Assembly (NCBI GenBank): GCA_965240325.2
Contig: OZ251224.1
Location: forward strand, 4,092,001-4,156,000
Length of the DNA: 64,000 nt
Direction: 5' to 3'
From: Rebecca billardiae RCC1528
Lineage: Eukaryota; Protista; Haptophyta
This document shows positions 28,226 through 39,680 of the stretch, in pieces. The translations under genes and the position numbers were made by a program. The notes beneath the pieces were generated by a model, which was given only the letters and a program-made list of their open reading frames with translations, ran no database searches and was not told where the DNA came from. Position 1 is the stretch's first letter, and the number at the start of each line of letters is the position of its first letter.

Positions 28226-29077
28226 TCCGCACGTGTCGCCCTGTGAAGACGAGACCGCCAACCTTCCCCGTACAGTACCCGTTCACGTAGTCGGTTTCTG
28301 CTAGAGACGATTCGTTCGTCGCATCTAATCGTATATCAGCTTACCCGCGACCGCCCGCAGAATTCAGCAGCAGTTTTTTTTTCCGCCCCGCGGCGTGATA
28401 ACGGGCTCCGGGTGATCAGACTGGCAGCGGCCGAAGCCTCCAGCCCTACCCTGGCCAGCCCCCAACCAACCACCATCCCCACCCAACCTCAAACCACTGA
28501 CCGAGACACCTAGTGCCCTGCCACACCACAGACCACTCCACTGTGGACGGCGGCCCGCCCCCAGAGGGGGCGGGGGTATGCCATTGCCAACAGCGCATAC
28601 CGTAAGCTTGCCCAACAGTGGCAACACTGTGAGTGTGGGGTGGTCCCAGGTACAAGCAGTGCTCTGCCTTGATGCAATTCGCGAGATCATCGAGTGTGAG
28701 CCGAGTCGGCAGAAGGGGCACCCCTTAGTAGGGTGCCCCAGTATGTCGCGATGGAGCGATGGGCCGATCGAGGCCCGTACCACTCTACCAGCGGCTGGAC
28801 TGTCCAGCGCCGGCCGCGCGTGCTGCAGAGCTTCACGTATCCATTCCCGGCCCGGTTTCCACGCGCGGTACCAGGTCAAGCCGTACGCGCAGCTCAGCAA
28901 AAACTCGGAGTTGTGGCCGCATCACGCATGCACGCTGCTTCGAACAGCGCCACACCGATGATGACACGGACGCTCGTGGTCGGTTCTCGAAACGGCGCAA
29001 GCCGGCAAGGCGATCCGCGCAGGCGCGCACTCTGTCATTGTCGGCATGATGATGGGAATAAAGTACGAACGGCATAA

Positions 29078-29080
<3 letters not shown>

Positions 29081-29158
<78 letters not shown>
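29081..29158. repeat. (AT)n microsatellite
   Basis: Direct reading. Confidence 0.95.
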
Positions 29159-29161
<3 letters not shown>

Positions 29162-29390
29162 AGTGAGTGCTTCCTCACACATTCTTGTAGGTTGTCCTAG
29201 GCGGCGGACGGTGTGTATGAAAGTAATTCCCGCCACGCCACATACAAAGTATCAAGATCGCGCGCGCGAACAATGTCGTCCTATTTGCCAATAGGCAATA
29301 CGGTACGACGGAGGAGGCTTCGCCAGTTGCCGTTGGCGTTGGGGTGGCGACGATACTCGGTAGTCGTCGTCATCTGCACTCTGCAGCCGC

Positions 29391-30911
29391 TCAGCGCGTG
29401 TCCAGCAGGTCAAAGGGCGGCGACAGCCGGTTGATGATGCACCAGTGGAAGTTCGAGTTGTTCGCAGACGCTCGCCCCTCTCGCGGGGTCGGGATGCCGC
29501 GGAAGCGGCGCACGTTGGCGAGCACATCGATGCGCGGCGCGCTGCCGCGGTCGGCATCGGCGTCCGCCAGCCGCTGCATGCGATTGAGGACGCGTTTTGT
29601 GGGCGGCCACGTCGCCGGCCCCGCGCCGCCGCACGTGATCGCGACGCGACGCGAGGCGGACGCGCACGTTTGCAGCGCGAACAGACCCATCCCCAGGTTC
29701 GCATTCCGCACGGCCGACCACGTGCGGTTGCACACATCGAAGGTGCGCACGTTTGCGTACGGCCTCGGGACCTTCCTCCGCAGGTATGCCTTGCCCGTCA
29801 AATGGGACGGCTTGTACGTCAGCCCGCCAAAGTTGAGAAGAAAGCGCCCACCCTGCGCGCTGATCAGTCCGCCCGCGTCGCGGGCCCCGTACACCTCGTC
29901 CAGCGCCTGGCCCCTGGGCGCGGCAAAGACGTACCAGCCGCGCGCGCGTGCTCGCTCGGCGTCGGCCGCGTCGGCGCGGGTCGGGAGGTCATGTGCGAGC
30001 ACCTCCGTGCGGTACGCCGCGTAGTGCGCCGTGCGGTAGTTGAGCACGAGCACGCGCGCCGGCTCGCCCGCCGCGCACCGCCCCGGCCGCACGTACGCCG
30101 CGTTGGCGTGGTCGAGTCCGTACGGCAGCCTCGCAAACGGCGAGTGCCAAGCGCCGCGGCGGCGGTCGTAGCAGTGCGCGCTGTCGATGAAGGTGCCGTT
30201 GGAGTGCGTGCCGTCGGTGCCACCGAAGCTGCAGATGTGCGCCGGAGCGCCCGGCCCGTCGAGGTGCAGCGCGAGCGCCGCGCACGCCCCGCCCGCGCGC
30301 GGCAGCCGCGGCCCCACGCGCACCGCGTAGCTCTGCAGGTCGACAACGCGCGCGTACTGCGCGGAGATCTCGTGGTTCACGCGGTCGCCGTGGAAGCCGC
30401 ACGGCAGCCACATCTCGTCCTTCGCGTTGTCGAGCGCGCGCACGCGCACGCCATACACGTGGTTCAGGTCGTTGAGCGGCCAGCCCGCAGGGTCGGTGCG
30501 GCTGGGCGCTGGGAAGAGGCGGGACGCGCCCGAGCGCAGGTCTCGCACCTCGACCGAGCGCGCGTACCGGCCGAGGACGTTGACGAGGAAGCGCTCGTTC
30601 AGCACGCAGCAGTCGTGGTTCCGTCGCGCCTCGAGCAGCGGCGCGTCCATCGCCCACGGCTTGCATACCTTCCCATGACCGCAGTCCGCCGCGCAAGGTG
30701 AGGTGTGCACGAGTGCCGGCAGCTGCATCCCGCCCTCGGGCCAGCGCAGCCGGTCCATCTCGACGGCGAGGCCTGAGCGGAAGAGGGCCCACGTCGCATC
30801 GCACTGCTCAAGACCGCGCACGACCAAGCTTGACGCGTGCAGCAGCAGCCAGGCGGCGCCCACGCCTGACTTAGCTGGCTCTCGTCGGCGGGTGGCCGCC
30901 ATCGTGATCAA
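29391..30911 (-). CDS. Kelch-like beta-propeller protein, possibly secreted
   Basis: GPRLPRAGGACAA...ICSFGGTDG...CYDRRRGAWH..LPYGLDH; LLNFGG...FDVCNRTW; hydrophobic N-terminus. Confidence 0.65.
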   Translation of the reverse strand: MITMAATRRREPAKSGVGAAWLLLHASSLVVRGLEQCDATWALFRSGLAVEMDRLRWPEGGMQLPALVHTSPCAADCGHGKVCKPWAMDAPLLEARRNHDCCVLNERFLVNVLGRYARSVEVRDLRSGASRLFPAPSRTDPAGWPLNDLNHVYGVRVRALDNAKDEMWLPCGFHGDRVNHEISAQYARVVDLQSYAVRVGPRLPRAGGACAALALHLDGPGAPAHICSFGGTDGTHSNGTFIDSAHCYDRRRGAWHSPFARLPYGLDHANAAYVRPGRCAAGEPARVLVLNYRTAHYAAYRTEVLAHDLPTRADAADAERARARGWYVFAAPRGQALDEVYGARDAGGLISAQGGRFLLNFGGLTYKPSHLTGKAYLRRKVPRPYANVRTFDVCNRTWSAVRNANLGMGLFALQTCASASRRVAITCGGAGPATWPPTKRVLNRMQRLADADADRGSAPRIDVLANVRRFRGIPTPREGRASANNSNFHWCIINRLSPPFDLLDTR

Positions 30912-31031
30912 TCAAGAAAACCGACACTGCAGCTCTGAAAATGAAATTCCGAGCTCGGGCTACCGGCCCGGCGTGCCATCATGCGTTTCAGAAACAGGTT
31001 TCCAGCCCAAGTTGACGCGCAGCGCCAACCC

Positions 31032-31054
31032 ATATATATATATATATATATATA
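31032..31054. repeat. (AT)n microsatellite
   Basis: Direct reading. Confidence 0.85.
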
Positions 31055-31239
31055 TGATCGGCTACGCCGATCCTCGGGTAGTAAACAACGAGGTTGAGGG
31101 CGCACGGCCCTGGTAGTTGTCGCGTTCTTCACCGAATCACGATGCGCGCGCGCGCCCGGCGCGTCGCCGTGCAGGAGGCGCGGGCACGAGTAATCGACGC
31201 GATCGACGGCCTCGGGGGGCTGCGCCGTGTCGCGGCTCT

Positions 31240-32895
31240 TCATTCAGTCTTCACGCAGCCGGCGTGACCCTCGAGCGCGCGCACGCACTCTGACTCGGCG
31301 GTGTCCCACGCCCACAGCCGCACGACCGCGTCGCTGTCGTCGCCCGCGCTCGCCGCGACGCGCCCGTCGGCCGAGAGTGCGACCGCCTCCACCCAGCCGG
31401 CGTGCGCTAGCAGCACAGCCTCGCACGGCCCGCGCGCGGCGAGCACTGAGCAGGGGCGCTCGCGCGCAGTGCTCGCGCCCGCGCGCCCAGCTGGCGCGGG
31501 CGGCCGGGTGCGCGGCGCGCGGCGCGCGCCGCGCCCACGCGGACTCGTGCGGCGCCGAGCCAACCGGCTGCTCGAGGCACAGCGCGAGGCAGCGGCCCGG
31601 CGCCGCGGCGGCGGCGGAGGCGCTCAGCCGCGCGAGCTGCAGCCAGTCTGCGACGCGCGCGCGCAGCGCTGCAGCCTCCGCGCGCGCGGCCGCGCCCGGC
31701 TCGCCGCCGCCGCCGCCGCGCGCGTCGGCGTCGGCGAGCGCCGCGGCCGTGTCCGCGAGGTCGCGCACGTACTCGGTCTCGAGGCCGTGCCGCGCGCGCG
31801 CCTCCCACCCGTCCGCGCCCGCGTCGGTGAGCTCGCGCGCCGCGTCGGCCGCGCGCCCGGCCGCGAGCAGCGCTTGCACTAGCTCCTCGCACCGGGGACA
31901 TTGAGCACGGCGGCGTTGCGGCCGGCGAAGGCCGAGGCGCGCGGCGGAGAGGAGCAGGGGCTGCGGCGCGACGCGCCGCCGCCCGTCCTCGCCGCCGGTG
32001 GCCTTCGGGTGGCGCAGCGGTTTGGCGGCCTCGCCCGCCCACGTGCCAGCCCAGAAATCCGCGAGCGCGTGCGCGTCGGCCGGGCGGGCGCACCGTGCCG
32101 CCGCCGCCTCGGCCACCTGATGACGGTGGTACCAGCGCAAAGGGCCGTCGCCGCCGGCGAGCAGCGAGCCGAGCGCGTCGCGCACGGCGAGCCACACGGG
32201 CAGCCGCACCACCGCCGGCACCCAGAACTCGAACACGGACGCCCAGCACGTCCTCGTGCAGAGGGAGCGAGTCCTCCAGCTCGGCACTCGAGAGGCCGCG
32301 GCGCGACGCGCAGATGGCGCCGCACGCACGAGCATCGCGCCGTGCAGCCGCTCGACGCGCTCGAAGGTGGCGGCGACGGCGGCGCGCGCGTCGGCGGGCA
32401 GGTGCGCTGGCGGCGGCTCGCCCGAGCGCCACTCCGCCGCCGCGTCGGCGAGCAGCACGGCGTGCAGCGCGCTCGGCGTCTCTCCGTGTGCCGAGCGCAC
32501 CGCCTCGGCCGCTGCCGCGCGTCGAGCGTGCGCCCCGCCGCGCCGAGCCGGCCTCGCACCACCGCCTCAGCGTCCGCCGCCGAGAGCCCGCCGAGCTGCA
32601 GCGCGGGCACGCCCAGCTGCGCGAGCCGCGTCGCGCACCCGTAACGGTAGCCGCCAGCGTCACCGCCAGCGTCACCGCCAGCGTCAGCGCCCGCGAGTCG
32701 ATCTGCGCCAAAAAGGACAGAGTCAAGAAGCGTGTCGAGCGGCGCGGTGGAGAGCAGCGCGGAGTAGCGCACGCGCTCGCCGCCCTCAAGCACCGCCTCG
32801 TGCTCGTGCGCCGCGAACGAGCGGCTCGCGCCGCCGTCCTCGCTGGAGCCCGACGTGACGACGCGGCTCCGGTCCGCGCGCGCGCAGCCGCGCAA
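31240..32895 (-). pseudogene. Frameshifted NWD1/2-like (NACHT-WD40 family) fragment fused with unrelated fragments
   Basis: Split over three frames: GLSSAELEDSL..HEDVL; FEFWVPAVVRLPVW..VRDAL..LRWYHR; LADFWAGTWAG..KP...RRVAPQPL; WD40 HAGWVEAVALSADG..ASAGDD..VRLW...LEGHAG. No P-loop seen. Confidence 0.6.
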
Positions 32896-32899
32896 GCAC

Positions 32900-33420
32900 C
32901 TGGGTATTTTTCGAGCACTCTGTCCCTTAAGTGCGGCAGCTCAAAAAATGGCGTTTCGCTTCAAAGAATCATGTACGTATAAATCAAGGGGCTTAACCAA
33001 ATATAACCTGCTTGAATCGCTGTTTTTGAAGTGCGGTTCTCTTAAGTCTTAAGAGGAGAGGGATGCTACTAATCTATGTTCCCGCGTGTATTACTCGTGT
33101 ATGAATCAAGGGTTATCAAGGGGCTTAACAAGGGGCTTAACCTGATGATACCCGCCACTGAGAAGCGACGGTTCATGACATCATATCGTGTGCCTAGGCG
33201 TTTTTGATTAGGCGAAGATTTGGAAGGGTTCATTTCGCGGGTACCAATAGACAAACGAGCCGCGACGACGAACGTCGTGCCATAATACGTTGATACTGAA
33301 ACGTTGTTTTTGAAGTGTGGTTCTCTTCAGAGGAGAAGGATAATAGGAGACGATACTTTACTCTTTGAATTGGAATCAGCAAACCAAAAGTGTATATCAG
33401 CAGGAGAATCACGAACGGCC
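32900..33420. repeat. AT-rich segment with internal direct repeats (probable TE remnant)
   Basis: TGTTTTTGAAGTGYGGTTCTCTT at ~33021 and ~33305; CAAGGGGCTTAAC at ~32985, ~33117 and ~33129. Confidence 0.45.
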
Positions 33421-33428
33421 CACCATAA

Positions 33429-34978
33429 TGGCCCGCGGTGCAGGGCGGAGCGCGCAGCGTGGAGCCCGCACCAGCGGGCCCGAACAACGTTTCAAAAAGA
33501 TCTTTGATCAAGAAAAAAGGGACGGGGGACGATTTTCATGGCTGGAGGAGACCGAGTTTCGAATTTTGAGACTCCCTTACAGGTGCATTAGCGTCGAAAA
33601 AGGTCGCGCCCACGGCAAGTTCATAGTAAAGCGTGGAGTGACGCCCGTCCAAAAAACTTCACGCCCTTTAGGATCCCTAACGTAACGAACCGTTACAAGC
33701 GAATTTTTCGGCCAATGATATTATTCAAGGAGCGACGACGTTTGATGATCAAATGTTGATCGCGCCACCACAACGCAATCTTCATACTATCTCCCTGGCC
33801 GCCCGTCGCCTGTGCCGGATCCCGACCGGGTCGGTAGGTTTGAGCCCGCTGAGAAGGGCTCACTCAGCAAGCCGAGGGGTGCCTCGCGCCGGCGGCGCTG
33901 CGCACGAGGCGTTCAATCCGACGGACTCAGCGCAGGTGCGCGCGGCTGCGGCGGGTCCCGACGGTCATCGGCGTCGCTTTCGTGCCCCGCTCACCCCGCG
34001 CGCCCCGCCCTGCCGATCCCTCTTCGGCCCAGTCAGTGCGGTTTCCAACCGAGCACGACCGGCGGACCGACGAATCGATGTCAACGCCCGCGCGCGGAGA
34101 GCGGTCGGCGACGGTACGAGGAGGAGACCGCGGGGCATCCTAACGCGTGAATCCACTCCGATAATCCAGGCCTACTCCGCAGGTGACAGCAGCATGGGGT
34201 GTCCCTCGAGTTCATCGTTTATTGACTGCGCAGCCGTGAGCTGACTCACCGGTGCCAATGAAGCTGCCGAGTAGCTTCACTCATCGGACGATGCTCCTCG
34301 CGTGTGATATTATGGGTGCGAATGCGCGTGGCGCGTGGGGGCGAGGCGAGTTTCTCGCTGTGTTTCCAGCTGACCATGCGCGCGCCCGCGCGCGCCACGC
34401 CGCACGCCGCGCAGCTGAATTCTCGGCGTGTTGATTGAAGCGCGGGGCCTCGCGAGGACGTTCCGGCTCAGCCGTCTGGCGCCGAGCCTGATCTGCAGTG
34501 CGGAGCCTTCGCCTGATGGACGTTTTGTCGGGATGTGGAGCAGCCACCACGGCCATCTCGCTCGCCCAAGCCCTCGCTCGCGCCGTCCATGGCCGAGCTG
34601 TGATGGATTTTGCTCTCGTCCGCCGCATCCGAGCTGTCTCGAGTCTCGACGGCTTGACTGGCGCATGGGCGGGCGTTTGGCGCGCGAGCTCGGACCGCGC
34701 GCTGTTAGAGCGGCGGCTCTCACTCACTCAGTGACTGAGAGCCAGCTCTCGGGCGCTGATGGGCACGACGGATGCCTGACTGCCTGACACGAAAGCCCAC
34801 AGGCTCAGATCTGCGCGGCCAGCGGCGAGTGGATGAGTCCGCGCGACTGATGCAGCGAGGTGGCATATGCGACGGGCGACGCCGTGCCGTGGCGGTGACG
34901 GAGCGGGTGGCACAGCTGCACCGCGGGCCCCCAACTACGTTGGTTCTCGGACGGAAGAGGACCGCGGAACGCGGTCAT
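33429..34978 (+). mobile_element. Non-autonomous Helitron2/Helentron-like element, copy A
   Basis: 5' T-GGCCCGCGGTGCAG folds with GCACCAGCGGGCC (hairpin 33430-33480). A perfect 14-bp inverted copy sits at 34916-34929, followed by the terminal hairpin GACCGCG-GAA-CGCGGTC (34960-34976). The first ~200 bp are homologous to 41168 onward. Confidence 0.75.
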
Positions 34979-35366
34979 TATATCAGAAAGATGCAGACGC
35001 CTTTGTCCTATTCGAGTTCGATTTCTTCTATTACTTACTATCCAAGGATTAAGGAGCAGTACAAACGCAATCATGAGCAGCGATATCGCTGAGTCAAATG
35101 CGGATTTCACGCCTAAATCCACCTACAAAAATCCCCCAAATCCTGCGCGCATCCTCTTTTTTGATTTTGCGGAGCACGTGCGCCGCCCCCCCCGGCTTTC
35201 GCTCACGCTCAGACCTTTCGGGGGGGCCGTGCGCCATCATACTGTACAAGTACTGTGACTGTCGCCGTCGGCGACGGCTTCATCCGCTTCACGGGCGGTG
35301 AGCCCGCGGCCTGACAGTAGTGACACTGAGTCACTGGCATCACTGACAGTTTGAGCAGTTGGCAGC

Positions 35367-35442
35367 GAGCCGCCGTCAATCTCGCCGGCGCCGTACTGCC
35401 TGAGCCGCCGTCAATCTCGCCGGCGCCGTACTGCCTGAGCCG
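35367..35442. repeat. 35-bp tandem duplication
   Basis: GAGCCGCCGTCAATCTCGCCGGCGCCGTACTGCCT x2 plus a partial copy. Confidence 0.9.
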
Positions 35443-35846
35443 TGTATAGCAGTTCCTATAGCAGCAGTTAGAGGACGATATGATGCAGCACTGTGCGGTC
35501 TCCGCTTATTGACTCTTATTATTAGCTTATTCTCATCCAGCTACTAGACAATAATAATGATTCTAGTCGCGCGTCTAAGTAGTAAGCAGTAGTCGTCGAC
35601 AGTCGTGAACGTACGTCTGTAGACGACTGTAGCAGGCAGTAGCCCGCACTCCGTCAACGGTACAGATGACTACACGCGGCCGGAGTTATCGTAGTACTGG
35701 CTACTGCGCGTAGGCTACCGCGCCGATATGATATACTGACTCCGCGTATACCGCCGGAGTCACGGTATGACGGTATAGTCAGGCTAGATAGCAGTCGCGC
35801 GTATACGTTTTTACTGATGGCATCATCAGCACTGATCATGAAGTCA

Positions 35847-38800
35847 TCAGAGCTCAGGCAGCGAGCGCCTGGGCCTATAGTCAGACGCCCGACGACTGCC
35901 GGCGCCAGCGCTCGAGGGGACGCGCTCGGCCCTGCTGCCAGCCGCCATCTCTGCCGCAGCCGCCGCGCGCTCGACCGCGTCGCGACTGCGCCTGCGCGCA
36001 GCGTGCGCGCCGCCCGCGCCGCCACCCGGCCCACCCGCAGCTGCTGCCGCGCCGCCGGCGACGGCGGCTGCGGCGCCCCTGCCGAGCGCAGCGGCGCCCC
36101 CCGAGCGGCGCAGGGCCGCGCGCGCACCGGCCGTCGGCTGCTGCTCCGCGCGCGCCGGCTCTCGCGCGGCCTTCCTCGCCTCCTTCGCCGAGTCGAAGAG
36201 CGCGGGCAGCAGCCGCTCTGAGCGGCTGTTCCAAGGGCGGTGCGTGCGCACGCGCGCGTTCAGGCCGTGCGCCGAGACCTCGGCGACGACCGCGCGCACG
36301 CGCTCGGCCTCCCTGCGCTCCTGCGCCTCCGTGTCCAGCCTGAGAAGCCACGCCTCGCCCTCGTCGAGCTGCACCACCTCGCGCTCGTCCGCGGGCGGCG
36401 CGTCGGGCTCGCCGAGGGCGTCGGCCGAGTTGAGTGCAAGCACCCCCACCAGCCGCGCCGCGCCGCCCGCCGGCCCGCCGCCGCCGCCGCCGCCCTCCTC
36501 GCCGCCGCCGCCGCCGTCGGCGTCGTCGGCCGCGGTCGCCCAGAGCCGCGCCTCGCCGTGCGCAGAGCCGGTGAGGAGCAGCGGCGGCGCCTGCGCGTCG
36601 GAGGACGCGTCGATCGTCATCAGCGTGATCGCCGCGTGGTGTGCGCGCCACGACGCGCGCGGCGCCAGCCCGACCGGCTCCTCGTCCACAAGCTGCAGGC
36701 GCGCGCGCGCGGCGCGGGGCGCGGCGCGGGGCGCGGCGCGTGTTGGGGCGCGCGCGGCGTGAGCGCGCGCGGGGGCGCGCGCGGCGTGAGCGCGCGCGCT
36801 CGAGGCCGGGGCGCGGCGGTGGCGCGGCGGCGCGGCGCCCGCGCGCACCTCCACCTGCCACGCGCCGACGCTGCCGCGCTCGTCGCCGATGTACAGCATC
36901 CGCTCGCGCGGCTCGTAGGCAAAGGCTTGCACCTCGGCCGAGCGCGAAAGGCGCTCGGCGGCGGCGGCCGCGCTCGGCCGCGCGTCGGGCGGGGCGAGGC
37001 CGAACGCGTCGCCGCGCGGCGGCGCGTCGGCGGTGCGCCAGACGAAGCGCGGGGCGTACTTGCTCGCGGCGGGCGGCAGCGCCCACGCCACCAGCCGCGA
37101 GCTCGCGTCGAGCGAGAAGAGCGTGAGCACGCCGTCAGCGAACGCGAGTGTGGTCACCTCGGTGCCGTCGTGAGGCCCCGTGCACACGGCCTCCCGCCGC
37201 CCCTGCAGCGAGTTCCAAACGAGCACGGCGCCGCCCGCGGTGCCGGCGGCGACGAGCTCGCCCGAGGCGGAGAGCGCGAGGCTGGTGAGCTCGGCCGTCT
37301 TCCCCGCCGGCGGCGTGAAACGCGCCGCCTTGTCCGCGTGCAGCGGCTGGCCCGGCGCGGTGTTGGGGATGACTGCGACCGAGCCGTCCCACGAGCCAGT
37401 TACGATGGCGCGCAGCCGCGCCGAGATCGAGACAGAGACGATCTCGGAGGTGTGCGGCCGCGCCTCGCGGAGGAGCGAGCCCGAGAGGAAGGAGAACTCG
37501 CGCAGCGCGCCCGCGTGGTCGCCGATCAGGAACCGCCGCTCCGACGAGCTCAGCGCGAACGCCGTGATCGACGTCTCTGTCAGCTTGGAGTAGGCGCGCA
37601 GCGGCTCGCCGCTGGTTGCGTCCCACGTGCGCACCGCCGCCGCCGTCACCGTCACGAGGTCGAGCGAGGCGGGGATCACGACGATCGAGATGATGGCGGA
37701 GTCGTCGGGCTCGTCGCCCTGCGCGCCGTGCGCGCCGCCCGGCGGCGGCGCGCGCGGCGCGCGCGGCGGCGAGTACGGCGGGCTCGCCGCGTCGTCGGCG
37801 GCGGCGCCGCCGCCGCCCGAGCGCGGCCGCGCGCGCCTCAGCCCTGTGGGCGCAAACATCCACATCTCGGTGCCCTTGGCGGGGGCGACGATGATGCGGT
37901 CGGTGGAGCCGCGCTCGAGCGCGAAGCCCGCGACGAGCGCGCCGTCGCGGTCGCGCGGGTCGTCGAACGCCGACGGCGCGCGCTCGCGCCGCCCCTCCTT
38001 GCGCTCGCGCTCGCTCACGCGCACCACCACCGCGCGCGTGACGGCGTGAGGCGCCAGCCCGGCGACCTGGCCGGCGCGCGCGGGCGCGTCCTCGGCGCCG
38101 TCGAGGCGGAACTCCTGCACGACGCGGAGCGAGCGGAGCGAGACGACGCGGAAGCTGCCCTCCACGTCGCCCGTCACGAACACCGCGCCGTGCGCCTCCC
38201 CCGCGCTCGCGTCGGGCAGCCCGATCCCGACGACGCTCGCACCAAAGCCGTCGAGCCGCGCGACCGGCGCGCCGCTCGGCATAAAGATGTTCCAAGCGCA
38301 CACCATCCGGTCGAGGCCGGCGGAGATGAGCAGGTTGCGCGAGCGCGCGTGCACGAGCGCGGTGATCCCGCCCGAGTGCCCGCGCAGCGCGCGCTTGTGC
38401 CCGCCGTGCGCGTGCCACACGTGCAGCTCCCCGGACAGCGAGCCGGACACGAGCAGCTCAAGCTCTGCGACCACGACCGGCACCAGGCAGGTCACGGGCG
38501 CGCCGCCCGCGCCGCCGCCGCGCTTCTCGGCGGCGGCGTCGGCGCCGACGGAGGCCTCCTTGGCCTGCGCCCAGCCGGTGGCGGCGCGCCAGAGCACGAT
38601 CGTGCCGCCCGCCGTGCCGCCCGCCAGCACGTCCGCGCGGCCGCACCACGCGAGCGCGATGGTGGGGTGGCGGCCGCTCATCCCGATCCGCTTGTGGGGT
38701 GCGTACTGCCGCGCGCCGTCCCACAGCTGCACCCACTGCCCGACGAACGAGCCGGCGAGCAGCTTGTGCGCCGCGATGTACGCGGCGTCGGTGAGCACGA

Positions 38801-39398
38801 ACGGCGGCGAGTCCAGCGCGCGCGTGAACGCCAGCCCGCGCGGCGTCGGCGCGTACAGCCGCAGGTGCACCGCGTGGCCGTGCCGCTCGCACAGCAGGTA
38901 GCGGTCGACCGGCGGCTCGAGGTGCACGAGCTTGAGCACGGAGATCTGCACGTTGCCCTCGCCGAGCTTGCGCGCCCGCGACTCGGGGAGGTCCGCGCCC
39001 GCGCGGCTGCCCACGTCCGTCGTCGGCGGGTACGCCGGCGTGTACAGCGCGAGGTTGATCGCCGACTGCTGCGCCTGCGTGAACGAGACGCTCGTGTGCG
39101 CGAGGAACGACGAGAAGGCCGCCCAGCCGACCAGGCCGTCGCCCGCGGTGTCGAGGTCGTTCCAGCACTCGAGCATGCCGCGCAGCACCTCCTCCTCCGA
39201 GAAGCCCGCCGCGTCGCCCCCGAGCGAGCCCGTGCGCGAGAGCAGGTACAGAAAGTCGGTGCGCGAGACGCGGCCGCCGCACGCGAGCCACTCCGCCTTG
39301 AGCCGCTTCAGCCGCGCCGCGTCGAGGTGCGTGATCAGCGCGCGCGCGGCGTGCACGCTCGCCGCGGTCTTCGCCGTCGCATGCCCCTCCGCCTCCAT
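35847..39398 (-). CDS. EF-hand + WD40 repeat protein (WDR49/WDR64/EFCAB8-like); probable in-frame intron 36693-36848
   Basis: EF-hand DLDTAGDGLVGWAAFSSFL; WD repeats LRGHSGGITAL..LLISAGLDRMVCAWN, IVTGSWDGSVAV, WRAHHAAIT..LLTGSAHGEARLW. Confidence 0.8.
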   Translation of the reverse strand: MEAEGHATAKTAASVHAARALITHLDAARLKRLKAEWLACGGRVSRTDFLYLLSRTGSLGGDAAGFSEEEVLRGMLECWNDLDTAGDGLVGWAAFSSFLAHTSVSFTQAQQSAINLALYTPAYPPTTDVGSRAGADLPESRARKLGEGNVQISVLKLVHLEPPVDRYLLCERHGHAVHLRLYAPTPRGLAFTRALDSPPFVLTDAAYIAAHKLLAGSFVGQWVQLWDGARQYAPHKRIGMSGRHPTIALAWCGRADVLAGGTAGGTIVLWRAATGWAQAKEASVGADAAAEKRGGGAGGAPVTCLVPVVVAELELLVSGSLSGELHVWHAHGGHKRALRGHSGGITALVHARSRNLLISAGLDRMVCAWNIFMPSGAPVARLDGFGASVVGIGLPDASAGEAHGAVFVTGDVEGSFRVVSLRSLRVVQEFRLDGAEDAPARAGQVAGLAPHAVTRAVVVRVSERERKEGRRERAPSAFDDPRDRDGALVAGFALERGSTDRIIVAPAKGTEMWMFAPTGLRRARPRSGGGGAAADDAASPPYSPPRAPRAPPPGGAHGAQGDEPDDSAIISIVVIPASLDLVTVTAAAVRTWDATSGEPLRAYSKLTETSITAFALSSSERRFLIGDHAGALREFSFLSGSLLREARPHTSEIVSVSISARLRAIVTGSWDGSVAVIPNTAPGQPLHADKAARFTPPAGKTAELTSLALSASGELVAAGTAGGAVLVWNSLQGRREAVCTGPHDGTEVTTLAFADGVLTLFSLDASSRLVAWALPPAASKYAPRFVWRTADAPPRGDAFGLAPPDARPSAAAAAERLSRSAEVQAFAYEPRERMLYIGDERGSVGAWQVEVRAGAAPPRHRRAPASSARAHAARAPARAHAARAPTRAAPRAAPRAARARLQLVDEEPVGLAPRASWRAHHAAITLMTIDASSDAQAPPLLLTGSAHGEARLWATAADDADGGGGGEEGGGGGGGPAGGAARLVGVLALNSADALGEPDAPPADEREVVQLDEGEAWLLRLDTEAQERREAERVRAVVAEVSAHGLNARVRTHRPWNSRSERLLPALFDSAKEARKAAREPARAEQQPTAGARAALRRSGGAAALGRGAAAAVAGGAAAAAGGPGGGAGGAHAARRRSRDAVERAAAAAEMAAGSRAERVPSSAGAGSRRASDYRPRRSLPEL

Positions 39399-39680
39399 GC
39401 ACGACGCCGGGCGCGACGCCGCCGCTGCGCGGAAGCCCGACTCACGCGCGGGAGCTCGCGCTGCTCGCGCGCAATGCCAGCCGCATCGATGGCGGGCTGT
39501 GCACTCACTGCCACTGGTAACGGCGCGTGAGCCATCGAAACGGCCGCACCGGACTCACCGGGCCTTCCGTTCTTCACCACCTATCCTGCTATCCATCTGT
39601 ACAGTCATCCTCCGCGCTGCATTTCGGCATGGCGGCCGAGGCGTGAGCCTCTGCAGCAAGCGAAAAGCCCTTCGACCGCG

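Noticed and set aside
34960-34976. Hairpin as a Rho-independent terminator or REP element
   Set aside because: Eukaryotic DNA, no U-tract, and it recurs with the transposon-end sequence.
36240-39530. 1096-aa plus ORF, and similar long ORFs at 58280-61840, 47861-50707 and 51174-53672
   Set aside because: Shadow or off-frame ORFs of real genes; stops are rare at this GC content.
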